DNA of 62,939 nt, filler included, from Phoronis australis (Eukaryota > Animalia > Phoronida), in NCBI GenBank assembly GCA_002633005.1. It is 7 parts of 7 records of this genome, joined end to end, with 100 filler letters (N's around TTAATTAATTAA, not from the genome) between each part and the next. Parts side by side here need not be neighbours in the genome. Positions count along the whole stretch, not along the records: positions 13,065 to 20,202 come from NMRA01000311.1; positions 20,303 to 24,762 come from NMRA01002583.1; 5 more parts are not named here. The stretch is one strand, 5' to 3'. The notes below the pieces were generated by a model. The model did not search any database, was not told the DNA's origin, and saw only the letters and a list, made by a program, of their open reading frames with translations. Every line of letters starts with the position of its first letter. The stretch's first letter is position 1. A program made the position numbers and the translations under genes. Below are positions 12,965 to 24,862 of the stretch, piece by piece.

Positions 12965-13065
12965 NNNNNNNNNNNNNNNNNNNNNNNNNNNNNNNNNNNN
13001 NNNNNNNNTTAATTAATTAANNNNNNNNNNNNNNNNNNNNNNNNNNNNNNNNNNNNNNNNNNNNT

Positions 13066-14441
13066 TCGATTCTCCATCCGTTGCTAGGAGCCGCAAAACG
13101 GGCATCGAGGTGTCTCTCTAACCAATTAAACCTATTACGTCATGAGGTGTAACGTCATTGACACATCCGTCCGGTAGGTGTCCCTTCCGATCGCAGTTAT
13201 CCCACGTGACCTTTGACCTTTCACATAGATGACCTTTGACCGAGGAGCCTCAAAACAGGCGTCCAAAACCTCTTACTATACTACTCACGAGCTACTGTGT
13301 ATGTGTACCACTAGCACAATACCCTACTAAAGAACGAAGGAGAGTGAACGTGCCGATGTGCGTTACGCTCTTCAGAGACTCAACAAGCAAATGTAAATAA
13401 AAGGTGAAAAAAGCGCTTTACAACTGCATATTTACGTCACCAGTATGTGAATGCTGTGGGGTTGCCTGGACCTATGAACCAGTAATGGCCGGCTCGTCTG
13501 GACACAGAAACTTTCAGAATATTCATGAACTGACTTCTAAGCTTGTACCCATACGCGTTAAATCTGTCGAGGGGAAATACGGCCATGTAATAAAGTTTTT
13601 CGTATTCACCTCCCGCACTACTTCAACAGTGACCCTGACATGGAATGTTCAAAAGGTAGGTCAATGTCGAGTCGACGTCGTTAGCCGGTTCGATCACCAA
13701 ACTTTCGGAAAATAGTTTTTAAAAAGTAATACAATTATATCAATGTAAATTACGCTCAACATACAATCAGGTCTCAATCGTAACATCTGGAACAATACTG
13801 TTAATTATATGACAGTTCTGTCTCAGTTTTCATTTGTTAAATATTTTATCGTCTGCAACAATCTATGCTGCAACTCAGGCGCCGATTCCTCGGTAACTGC
13901 AATATCAAATATAGCTGTTATTTAACTATTTTCAGGAGATGTTACAAGTTCAATGAAAAGTTACCCTTGTTTTCAGTTTTGTTATCTCTTTTCAAGTAAG
14001 GAATCGCCATTTAAAACCGTTTCTTTTACTAGAGAAAACTTGCAGCCTAACCCGCAAGTTCATACATACATACAGGATGTGATCCGCCACGTTGACAGTC
14101 TGAGTGAAGTATTTAAAAAATCTGCGGAAAAAACGAAAGAAACTTAGGAACTCGAATCTTCGGTCTCGGTCGATACGCGAAATAATATCTCGTGGGATAT
14201 TACTTCATGTACGCCACTCTCGGTACGTTTTGTGTATTTATGCATGGGATCTCGGCTTTGCTGGTTAGCTGATGCTGGAGTGATTGGAGTTAACAATAAC
14301 TTGCGAACGCAACTGAAATAATTTAAAGGCTTGTATTTTCTGTATTTCAGACTATGTAAGTATGTAAGCGACTATGCATGGATTTCGGTGGCCAACCTTG
14401 CCAAGTGCTGCATTTTTACCGAATATCCAGTGACCGGGCCT
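13066..14441. mobile_element. Possible non-autonomous TTAA-specific (Kolobok-like) element fragment
   Basis: Ends ...gtgaccgggcct|TTAA, i.e. TTAA|AGG on the minus strand like the Kolobok termini elsewhere in the window. The other end is not visible. Confidence 0.3.
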
Positions 14442-15445
14442 TTAAAATACACTGGATAAGATTAGTACCTAGAAAGCGATGCAGTAGTATTACCCCTATA
14501 TAGCCTGTGGGGGCTACCTGTTGCCTCGTTTTTCACAGACCGTACCCTCCCGTCCACTTAGACATACGTGACGCGCACATTGGCTCCTTTACTATAACAA
14601 GGTGGTGAACGAAACTGAGGACTAAAAATATTCAGTCGACTCATAACTTCACGAAAGCCGAGATTACAAAATGAGCTGATTATTAAACAATTCAAGTGGA
14701 CGTCACGGACATTTCGAGTCAGTTGAGTAATGTTGACTTTCCTGTCACGTAAAATCTTTGCTGAGGATGCATAACAGCCGTTAGGGATCGCAGAAAATAC
14801 CAGTGTTCAAACTGATTTCCAATGTTACCATGGTAATACCCAACTCGTGATCCTTAAGCTCTTTACTAAGCCTTTTCAACGGTGTACGGCTCTCTACATT
14901 TTGAATTTTCTGAGTGGGTGTGCGTGAACTTAGAATTTTGCTTATTCTCAAGATCGCGTATGCGTGAACATGGAATTAAATATCAATTAAAGCAGTCAGA
15001 TGAAATTGTTTGTTCAGTCTATCGAATTTTTGTAATTATTGACCCCACGATCACCCAATTTCTTTTCCACCGGAATTTACGTCACAGAATCGGAGGAATA
15101 CGCAGATGGTTAATAAGCTATTGCTTGGTGAATAAGATCGCCAATAGTAGAAAAAAAACAATACAGATTGGTTAAAATTTATATTTTTGATTAACATGTA
15201 ATTTGGTCTAGTGCACTGCAAATTTTATCAACGTGAACCCTATTTTTTTAGTAAACTTGCCAAGCTTACTCGGGTATTCCGATTTCGCGCATATGCGATC
15301 TTGAAATTAAGCAGAATTCTAAGCTCAAGCATACGACAGGATTCGACAACACAATGTTCCTCAGCAACAGAATTTCGATTGACACTTCGTCGGCCAACTT
15401 TATTTAATGGTGCAGTATATTTAGACAAAAAATAAGTTAAAAAGC

Positions 15446-15530
15446 CAGTGGCGGATTTAGAGGGGGGGGCCAAGGGGGCCATGCCCCCCCTAAAATTCCC
15501 GCCTAACTCAAAATTCTGGATCCGCCCCTG
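15446..15530. mobile_element. Short CAG..CTG MITE (family shared with 30209-30363)
   Basis: TIRs CAGTGGCGGAT...ATCCGCCCCTG; internal sequence is similar to 30209-30363. Confidence 0.65.
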
Positions 15531-18023
15531 AAAGCTGTATTAAATTCAGTGTACATTGCAAAAATTCGACGTCGTTTTCAAAGATCATTATTTGGGCTTA
15601 GGTTTCGAATAAAATGATTTGTGTAAAGATCCGTTTCATAAAGTCTTGAACAAAAATGAATCGGAAATAGTATCTTTCACAGAATTGGTTTGCTTAAATG
15701 TTTTTAATTAATTTTACAGACACAAAAAGTTTCCACTAAAATATGAAATTATTCTAGATTTGTTCATCCAACTCATTGAATACCAAACTGAAGCAGTAAT
15801 GCGTTCATAGACTGAGGCAGATCTAAAGTGTAGGTCTGCGAATTAATCAAATGTCACGTGGTATTCTTTACAAGTAGCCGAGAGAAACAACTTTGGAAAC
15901 TCTTGGCAAATGCACAAGGAATGTTGCGAGACATTTGAGAACCTTAAAAGTGAGGGGAGATGATGTGAAGGACGCACTGTGATTGTTAACTCGGGCCTTA
16001 TTACTTAATTCAAATGTTTTGAAGTATATACAATGTATTCAGATTGTTACAAAACGACTACATGAATGTAGAGGGGAACAGCTGATCAAAATGAATGCCA
16101 TAACAACATTGTTGGCAATATCCTGTCAGTGAAAAATTATGTTTGCTTAATTAAGTTCATCAGTTTTGTTATGCGGGTAGGACTGCAACAGGCACGCGAA
16201 ATAACAACTGTTGTAGTTCGGTTGTGGTACACAAATCTTTGTTTTCGCTTCGGTTCCGATAATCGTAAGCGCCACTTAATGGTCAGTGTTTACTAAACTG
16301 AAATTATGCTCCATTAACATAAAAAATAGGTAGTCATCATAGCTTCTAACAATGACCACCAAATGTGTTTAAACATTTTACATGTCTTCTTCCCATGACC
16401 TACTTTTAGAGACATTGAATTTCTGCGACCGAATATGAAATTAATTAAACATGTCAAAGCCATCAAAAATATTGTGTGTTTTTCTAAAAAATTACATTGA
16501 TATTAAAGTGCGATTTTGTAAAGAATAGTTGAAAGTCTACAAAAGTGGTTAGGCTAAAAAGTAAAATCGAACTCAAAAAAGTGTAACTGTTGTATTCCTA
16601 ATGTGCACTTCAAATTTTGCCCAATCACATCTCGCTAAGGTAGAAGAAAAAGTCGCACATCAAAATGCGCCCTCCCAAAAACTGGAATAAAAAAGAAAGA
16701 AAATTCTAACATGACCCATAGGTCCCTCAAATTGGTCCGTAGACTTGATGCCCTGTGCGTCAACTGATCTCATAACCGCATTGTTTGAAGAAGATACCTG
16801 AAACTCTACTACAGGACTCTGACGTTGTTTCATGCATGCTGAATTTGCAGTAGAAGTCAAATTTCCTGTTTACCTCATGCGATTGTCATGAAGCGGCGTA
16901 TTCCTTGGTTGCTGGATTTTAGAGTAAACTAACAAAAATAATCAAAGTGACTGTGATGAGGGTTCCTTAATGTTTATCGAGGATCTTGCGCCTGGGGTTT
17001 CCGTGTCATACTTGTACATGAACGATAGTGAATGCTATGCATACAATGGATTACAAAAACATATATTACATAAGTCAAATGTCAGTTTGGAAATCTGTTT
17101 TGTTGAAATGGTTAAAACTTTTTGCTCATGTGCAGTGCAGAACTGTGTCACTCAACTTAGATTTGGGGTCATATCAGCTGCCATCTACAGCTTTGTGTCA
17201 TTTAAGATTATGATAAATCAGGAAGTTACTCAACTAGGGTGAGAATACCTCAGTGTACGGTTAAAATGGGGATCTTGGATGGACTTGCTAGAAATTGTTT
17301 AGCAAATACATAGTATACAGTGGATGCTACTCAAGCACACTAGAGTAGAAACCTCTATAAGGCTCTGTTGTTTTCATTTGGTTTATCCCTGTCTATGACT
17401 ATGAACATGCAACAAAAGATATTTCCAATACAGGAATATAACTATGAATTTCCAGAGATATGCAGAAGCTGCCAGACAAAACAACCCGCGGACTTAATGA
17501 AATCTCGTAGTTGGTTAAAAGAAACCGAGTTAGATTTGGAGCCCATGGATGTGACTACAGTAACGGCAATTACTTGTAAAAATCTGTAACAAATTTCTTA
17601 ATTGCATAAAATCGGTCAATTGATGCTTCAGTGTTTATGAAGAACAAAACAATGCACAACTCATGCATTTAACTATGAATGCTGACACATAGGTATGCGG
17701 CTAATTTAATACGGTCTCAATATTTACTTAACTACATGTAGATTCCATAGGACTACCTATGTGCATTGTTTTGTTGTGGTGGAATGAAATAGGCTGACCG
17801 CCACCTTGCCGCTGGATGGCTGGTGCTCTGGTGTGCTAGTACTTAACCACCAGCCTTAAAGGCGAAGGCAACCTTTTTCCATGTCATTTTGAGCTAAAAT
17901 AAGGTTGGTTGGTTATCCTAGACATATTTTCCACTTAATTACAGCTTTTCGTAATTTTATAAANACCTTGTTCACAGCAGTGGTGACGAGGAATTTTTTC
18001 ACGGACATTCAGCGGGTGGGTAC

Positions 18024-18190
18024 ATGTTTGAGCCCGAGTATAACGAGGCAGAGTATGCACAGGCACAGGCAGCTGTTGAGAGAAACGAGGCGGCTATTGA
18101 GGACAGACGTGGTGACACATCTTGGTGCAAATGTACTGTGTGCGTTGTTATGCCTACCTCAATGGAATGCTTGTGCTGCTGTTCAGAGTT
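18024..18190 (+). pseudogene. KolX / P2X7 C-terminal (ballast)-like cysteine-rich protein, truncated
   Basis: YMFEPEY...DRRGDTSWCKCTVCVVMPTSMECLCCCSE fits the FEP..R.G...WCxCxxCxxMxTxxExxCC pattern of KolX/P2X7-ballast proteins. Confidence 0.75.
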
Positions 18191-18221
18191 CGACGAGGCC
18201 AAGACACTACTGGACATGGTT

Positions 18222-19003
18222 AAGTGGACTTCCGGCATACCACGGACAGAGGAACAACTGCCCCACTTGCCAGAGTGTCCCGCGACACACTCCCACTGGA
18301 TGGTGACCTGAGCACCCAAACTTCTTACACCGTGTCGTGTGATTCCCTCGCCACACACCTGGCACCTTCTAAATAGCTCCAACACTTTAGACAAGTCCAC
18401 AATAAACTGATCAAAGTTTGGCTCACCGATCTGTTCACTGGACGACCAAGAGTCCTCTTCACTGGGTGTCGAACTGAGCCTGTTATCACTCCTACTACTC
18501 AATATCGCTGCAGGGCTGCTTAGAGGCTCTGGGCTGGAGAAAACAGCACAGGGCGAATCACTACTGGTTCCAGGAATTGCACGCTCTGGGGTACGATCGG
18601 AGGTACGGGTGACAGTAGATGAAGTGCCTCCACTGGCTCCAGTCACTGTACTGGCCACAGCTCGCGAGACTTCTCGCTTCAAAAACGCACTTCTCGGGGG
18701 TGGCGACGGGGCACTGCCGGGAATCAACACAGACGGAATGGCATCCTTCTTCAGACGTTGTTTCGCAGGGACCTTCATCAGTTCAGCCTACAAACCCCTT
18801 TCGTAATCGGACGGCAGAAAGTGCTTGCCACACACACGGTAATTCTCCACTGCTTTGTACGTTGCGTGGACGGGTAACGCTACGTTCTTCACACGAACGA
18901 GCCAAGTACGGCGTAGTGTGTCATCCATCGGAAAGCGATGCAAAGGTACTCCCAAAGTGCGCGTGAGCCGATAGTTAGTACATCCTGGTACGCAGCAACA
19001 GTG
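18222..19003 (-). pseudogene. THAP-domain Kolobok transposase N-terminal fragment
   Basis: HCCCVPGCTNY...LHRFPMDDTLRRTW...RVCGKHFLPSDYERGL*AELM...LKKDAIPS (C2CH THAP with one in-frame stop), then FIVDLSKVLELFRRCQVC...ECVAGHSGKW. The catalytic core is deleted. Confidence 0.8.
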
Positions 19004-20833
19004 TTGCCGTGTGATAATATACGAAAGATTGTAATGGTATGGTAAACTTTATTCTTTGTTCCGTGGCCCAAATGTGGCNTTAGTTATATCTTTCGATTGA
19101 CAGAGCTCAATTTGTGATCTAAGCAGGTGAAAGTAAAGGAAATAGTGACTTTAAGATTACGTGTGGACCATGTTTTATTGGTACTATACCAGTTGACATT
19201 GTCTAGTTTAGTTTCCTAGTCCAACGGTTGATTATCATCTGAAATAAACATTTGATTAGAGAAAATTTGATTGTTTCCATCTGCACCCGTATAATCCCAT
19301 TGTCCTTTTCGTGGGACAAAATCTAATTAACTGGAATATTTTCAAAAACATTCAAAAATATTTGCAACTTTGCTCATAAGTCCCCAGACTGTATCAAATA
19401 TCTGAATTTACAACGGAACAAAAAATTTGGAAATAATTGGGAAAATATTTTAAAGTGCATGAAGATGCAAGCAGTGTTAATTTGCAGCCTCGGATGCATC
19501 TTTAATATTACAAATAAATTTAACTTTTGGCGGATGTAATATGCCAAAAAGTAACAGATAGCGTGCAGAGAAGAAACCCACAAAGGTTTTGCTCAGCGAG
19601 AAAAATTATCCTCACCGCCTTTATGAGAAAACCTTTTAATGTTTTTTTATTTGAAATTTTGAGATGACCAAGAATGTGCTATCCGAGAAGGAGGGCAGTT
19701 GGCAAGTACGCTCTCAATAACAAAGGTAAATTTTTCATTTCATAATTTCATTTCTAGAGTATAGGTAAATATTATACACACATACAATTACTGCTCAGAA
19801 TTAGAATTAACAGCATTTGGACAACAGGTAAACATTACACAAATGCATTACTATAGAAACATTTCAAAATATAAGTAATGTTTACATGCACAAATACACA
19901 AATTTAGCGACGCAAATAAATACACGAGTAGTTGTTAGGAAGCTATGGAAACACGTCCGTTAGTAAACTTGTCATTCACAAACACTTAGAAACCAAAAGT
20001 CACTTATTTCCGTAAAACACAGCATCATGATTTTAACACCCAAAATTTCTTGTTGATAGTTTGTCGAAAATGGTCGCAATTTTCGTTCACCATCTAAATT
20101 ACAACACCAAATGTTTAAATGTCAACTTGAAGCAACGAAATTAGACTTGACTTGATAGCTGCAACAGGGAGGGAGGGAGGGAGAGGGAGAGGGAGGGCGG
20201 GANNNNNNNNNNNNNNNNNNNNNNNNNNNNNNNNNNNNNNNNNNNNTTAATTAATTAANNNNNNNNNNNNNNNNNNNNNNNNNNNNNNNNNNNNNNNNNN
20301 NNCTATCATCGGAAAGGTAGTACATTCTACTCAGTAAAAATCGAAAAAGTATCAAAATCGGGGCAAGCAGTGTAAAGTTATTGCAAGTTTTGTGGAGAAA
20401 TTTGGGTCACTTTGTTTGGATCGCGTCGGCCATATTGGAGGACAGCGGGATAAGTTACGAGTTTAAAACTTTGTGTAAATTGTTTTCGCCAACAAATTAC
20501 GGTGAAATTTAGTTAGACATATCCTTACTTACTATTCTGCACGATTCAACAGTGTTCACCAAATTTCAGCCTCGCAGTTGTTACTCATTAAGAGATAAAT
20601 GTGCTCACATTCCCGTTGGACTTCGTCTCATTTCTGGCGGCACCTACAATGTCGAATTTTGCTGAACTGAAAGGCATGTTCAATCAATACTTTGTAATTT
20701 GTGAAGATTTAACGTTGATACATTTTGACAAACGTTGCTACAAAAAAGAAACTTTGTTCAATTTTCGTGTTTTTTGTGTTTGTGGCCACCGACCAGTTAG
20801 GCCTAAGGGTAGTCTTGGCGCAAAGCTGGCGTG

Positions 20834-20974
20834 CGTTCAGTAGATGCTAGGACCTACGCTAGGACCTTGCAAATTCCTAGTCAAAGTCACATGTTCTCAT
20901 TTACAATACACGGCAATATCTCACGTAATCTCGCGAAGTCTTGCTTCTTAGCGAGGTCCTAGCGCTACTGAACG
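20834..20974. mobile_element. Small MITE
   Basis: Inverted termini cgttcagtag..gctaggacct / aggtcctagcgctactgaacg. Confidence 0.5.
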
Positions 20975-21439
20975 GGAGGCTGTATAGGCCTACTAACAAG
21001 CTGTATTTTGACTATAATCTTCACTGGCCGGGTAGCTGGTGACTGAGGCTAACTAAGGTCTGCCGCGGCAGTGTGACACAGGACTAACCAGCCCGTAATT
21101 TCATGCAAGTGTCTGAAACTACCCTTGAATATATGCAGCATTTATCAGNTTTACTTCGACAAAACAGCTTGCAACCGCATGCATTTACCGTTCGCCAGTG
21201 TCTGGTCTCGATCCGCACCGGGTCCAATAGGCTGCGGTCCCGAGTCTAGTCAAATAATTTCTGTCAAAATTTATTCGCCACATTTCTTCAGCAAATTCCA
21301 TAAAATTGTCCGTAGTTGGATTTTATCAATATTAAGGCGCGCTGTCGATTTTTTTTATCCCCGTTTGCTGGCTGGTAACAGTACAGGCACTGCTCCAGTC
21401 GCACTGACGGCGTTTTCTCGGCCTGGGTTCCTGAATGAA

Positions 21440-21480
21440 TTGTACTTCCGGGTTCGCGGCAAGTTCAAAATGGCTGTGTT
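21440..21480 (+). promoter_or_regulatory. Candidate housekeeping promoter/TSS region
   Basis: CpG-rich patch with ETS-type ACTTCCGG (21444-21451) and YY1-type CAAAATGGC (21466-21474), about 2.5 kb upstream of the TM9SF3 exon. Confidence 0.35.
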
Positions 21481-24009
21481 TCTTCGGGTGCGAATCGTGA
21501 GCGGCGCGTTCATTTAAACTGTTTTCGAGTACGGATCGTGTATTAGTTATGGGGTAGGTACTTCTTGGATCCTTATAACATCTTCTAACCATGTAATAAG
21601 GGTTAACAATGCGTGAGACAAGGACTTTAAAACTGCACACTGCACTGGTGTGACCTACTTTTTAGACACTTCAAAGTTTAGCTTTCCTACCAATATATCT
21701 CATAATTCCTCAGACAGACCCAGAGCATCAAACAAAAAATTCTTTTAATAAATATCAATGCCGATTTTAATATCAATTAGACATATTTTAATATGTTAGT
21801 AGTACTTAAAAGTACTACTAACATGAGCTCTGATGTGACCTAGTTTTTAGTGACACCTGTTGTCAAGTTGAATAAGCTCATAAAAGCTCTAACTTGCCAC
21901 TAGATGTCAGTCAAAATCAAAATTGTCTTTATTAAACCAATTAAATTGTCTCTTTACAGATTGACTTGCAAAATTTTAAAGTTAGAATGACAAAGTAAAT
22001 TAGCAATTTGATTAAGCAAGCTAGATGACTCCATGAAATTTTTGTTATTTGAAGATTTTTGCAGATTTTATTAATGATAATTTAAACTCTTTTTGTAGTG
22101 TCATACAAAGTTATGCATATAGTGTTGACTGCCTCTAAACATTCTGGAATGGGCTTGATGTTAGTTAATCAGGCCCTGCTTTAGTGTTGAGGGCTGAAAT
22201 GCCAAGCCAGGCCAAAAGTTCAAACCTGGCGCAGCACTTTTCAAACTCTACGCGCATTTTCCAAAGTCGACGGGGCAAAATCCAAACTCGTTGCAGCGTC
22301 GAGTTAAAACAGGTCGTGGAGAACACTGCGTTATGAAAACAGTGCGCTCGTGTCACGCGCACATGCCATTTTCTAAACTTTTGTGACATCTTTCGGGAGA
22401 TGATGACAGTTGTGCAGAAGCAAATTTGATTCTGGAATTCGGTTTGATTGTATTAAAATACTAGAAACTTGTAACTAAATGAAAGCAGTTCCGAATTTGT
22501 TGTCACATCTGCGCAACCTCGTGAAAGAAGAACAGTTGATTGAAGAATCTATGAAAAAAGAAACTGACCAATAGGTGATGCAATATTTCATGGCGCTGAA
22601 AGCTATCGCTAAAGATCGCTCCACAACTTAAGCTGCAGAATAACAGTTGAACGCCATATTTTCCAACACCATTAAATAATTTAGTCTACTCAAGGAAGAC
22701 TGTAGTTTTTAATGACACTATTTTTATGTTAGATTTTATCTGGCCAGTTTTTTACCCACTTTGGTGCAAAGCTGTATACTGTACCAAGGCTACGCATAGG
22801 CCTACTTGTGATGATTTCGTGCAAAAGGTCAATCGGTACATTTTATTTAAAAACATTGAATTAGTAGCGAAAGACCAATAAAGCTTAAATACTGCAAAAG
22901 TTTGAATCATTCTGAATTGATATCTTAGTCACAACAAACAATTTAATACTAAAAATTCACAGCGTATATATGTATATATGTGTGTCACACTAACCCAACT
23001 TTATCAAACTGTCTGACAAAAATTTCTTTATAGAAGATATCAGAAAAATAGTATGTCGTACTTTGCAAACATTCCACTAAATCATCATAAAAAATTGTAA
23101 CTTAATTTAACTCAAAGAAAATTAATGTTAGAATTTTTTTTTTAATTTGAAATCCTCTACTTACGTCTGTCACACTCCCTATAAAGGCAATTTTCTCAGT
23201 CAGATAAAAAGATAGGGGAATAGTTGACATACGTTTTGAAAACTATCAACGAGATCTATCAATTGATGTATAAATTGTTTTCCTAGCGTGAACATTTTTT
23301 CACAATTTTATCGCAAAGTTCCTTGATTGTACATCCATCACGAACGGAATTGGTCATTCATTTTATTCAAGAAATTGTGTAGTTTTTCAGCGCTCGGCGT
23401 AACGAGTTGCAGGTCGCACTTGTGACCTGAAATTTGGAAGTGTGAGCTGAGATTTTGGCCAGCTCTCATTAAGTCGCCACATGCGACCTGGAATTTCCAG
23501 TGTATGCGAGCCGAGATTTTACGCTTCTCCGCAGATAGGTGGCAAACATCAAGTCACTTGAGTGACCCGTGGCTGCTGTTATTTGGTTGTTGTGAAATTA
23601 AGTTCTAAAGAGCTCTAGCAGAGAACCGCACTCACGGTGTTTGTGAACAAGCCGCGTAAAGCTGGGATAATGCAGAATGGATCTTCGATGCGTTTCATTG
23701 GCTACTAGTATTTTTGACGTCTTGAAAATTTGCACCGCGATGACCATGCTCGGCGACTAGTGCTGTTTTAGTGACATTAATTTTGTGTCAGATTTTATTT
23801 TTTCATTTTTATCCACATGAGTGTATAGCTGTAGTTTTAGCATACTGCTTTTCACACTTAACTCGTCCGAGGTGAAGACACTGAGTATGTGACCATGAGT
23901 AAGGTTTGAGACAGTAAGAATGACATGGATGTGGCCATAAAACTAGTCACATGTCATTAGTCGCAACACAAGACTTGGGCTTAGTACATCTATGGATCAT
24001 TTCTTGCAG

Positions 24010-24205
24010 TACAAAGATGAGGAGGAAGTGGTGTTGTGGATGAACACTGTCGGGCCGTACCACAACCGGCAGGAGACGTACGCCTTCTTTACGCTGCCGT
24101 TCTGTGCTGGGCCCAAGCAAACTATAAGTCATTACCATGAGACAATTGGTGAGGCACTGCAGGGGACTGAGCTGGAGCACAGTGGTTTAGATATCAGCTT
24201 CAAAG
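24010..24205 (+). CDS. TM9SF3: Transmembrane 9 superfamily member 3, early coding exon
   Basis: ttgcag| ... |gtgagg, 196 bp; [65 protein letters not shown], a close match to the TM9SF3 N-terminal lumenal domain. No other exons were seen. Confidence 0.93.
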
Positions 24206-24862
24206 GTGAGGCTAGTGCAGTTCTGTGCTTGTTTGTCTTACACAAGTGCTTTCCCTATATATTTTCCCTAGTTGCGAACATAGAACTGCTTTTGAAAGAT
24301 ATTGCAAAAGTAGACACATGTTGTAAATTAGAGCTCCGTTTATATTTATGTGTCTTTTAGGAATTGAAGTTCAGTGGCATTTTCTTGAAATTGTGCCCAT
24401 TTTGTTAGTGTATCACCAGAAATTGTAAATTCAACTTAAGATTTCTCTTTGTTTTGAAAGAGAAGACAACAGCTTGATTTGTGACCGTGTTTTGACCACA
24501 TTGGTTGGCGTTTAAATTTGTGCAAAGTTTTTAACCAAAATGAAGGGACAAGAAAGTACTTTTAAAGTAGAAATGGTGAGGTATACGAGTCCACAGGACA
24601 CAGGTAGTCCCAGGTGTTCAAACAGTCGAAAAGTGTGAGGTGAGCATTTAGTCAAACATAGGTTTTAAACCTTAGGAGTAGTACGATAATTGGTTTGAAG
24701 TCTGTGGTAGGATATAATAATGTTGGGCGGCTGGCTGACTCAAGGACAGAGGATGGTGAAGTNNNNNNNNNNNNNNNNNNNNNNNNNNNNNNNNNNNNNN
24801 NNNNNNTTAATTAATTAANNNNNNNNNNNNNNNNNNNNNNNNNNNNNNNNNNNNNNNNNNNN

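Larger units (their letters stand above)
17860..19010. mobile_element. Internally deleted Kolobok-type DNA transposon
   Basis: Begins TTAA|AGGCGAAGGCAACC and carries convergent remnants of a KolX-like gene (+) and a THAP transposase (-), the known Kolobok layout. The same terminus occurs inverted at 32182. The right end was not located. Confidence 0.8.

Noticed and set aside
13009-13020. TTAATTAATTAA flanked by 44 N on each side (also at about 20247, 24807, 51617, 54462, 59401)
   Set aside because: Artificial six-frame-stop linker used to join contigs. It is not biological, and it explains why genes are truncated at these points.
16660-16930. Two exon-like blocks on the minus strand
   Set aside because: Splice-like signals are present, but the joined peptide is short and unrecognisable.
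21470-21517. ATG at the YY1 motif as TM9SF3 exon 1
   Set aside because: Reads MAVFLRVRIVSGAFI* with no signal peptide or DEH motif and no convincing link to the 24010 exon.
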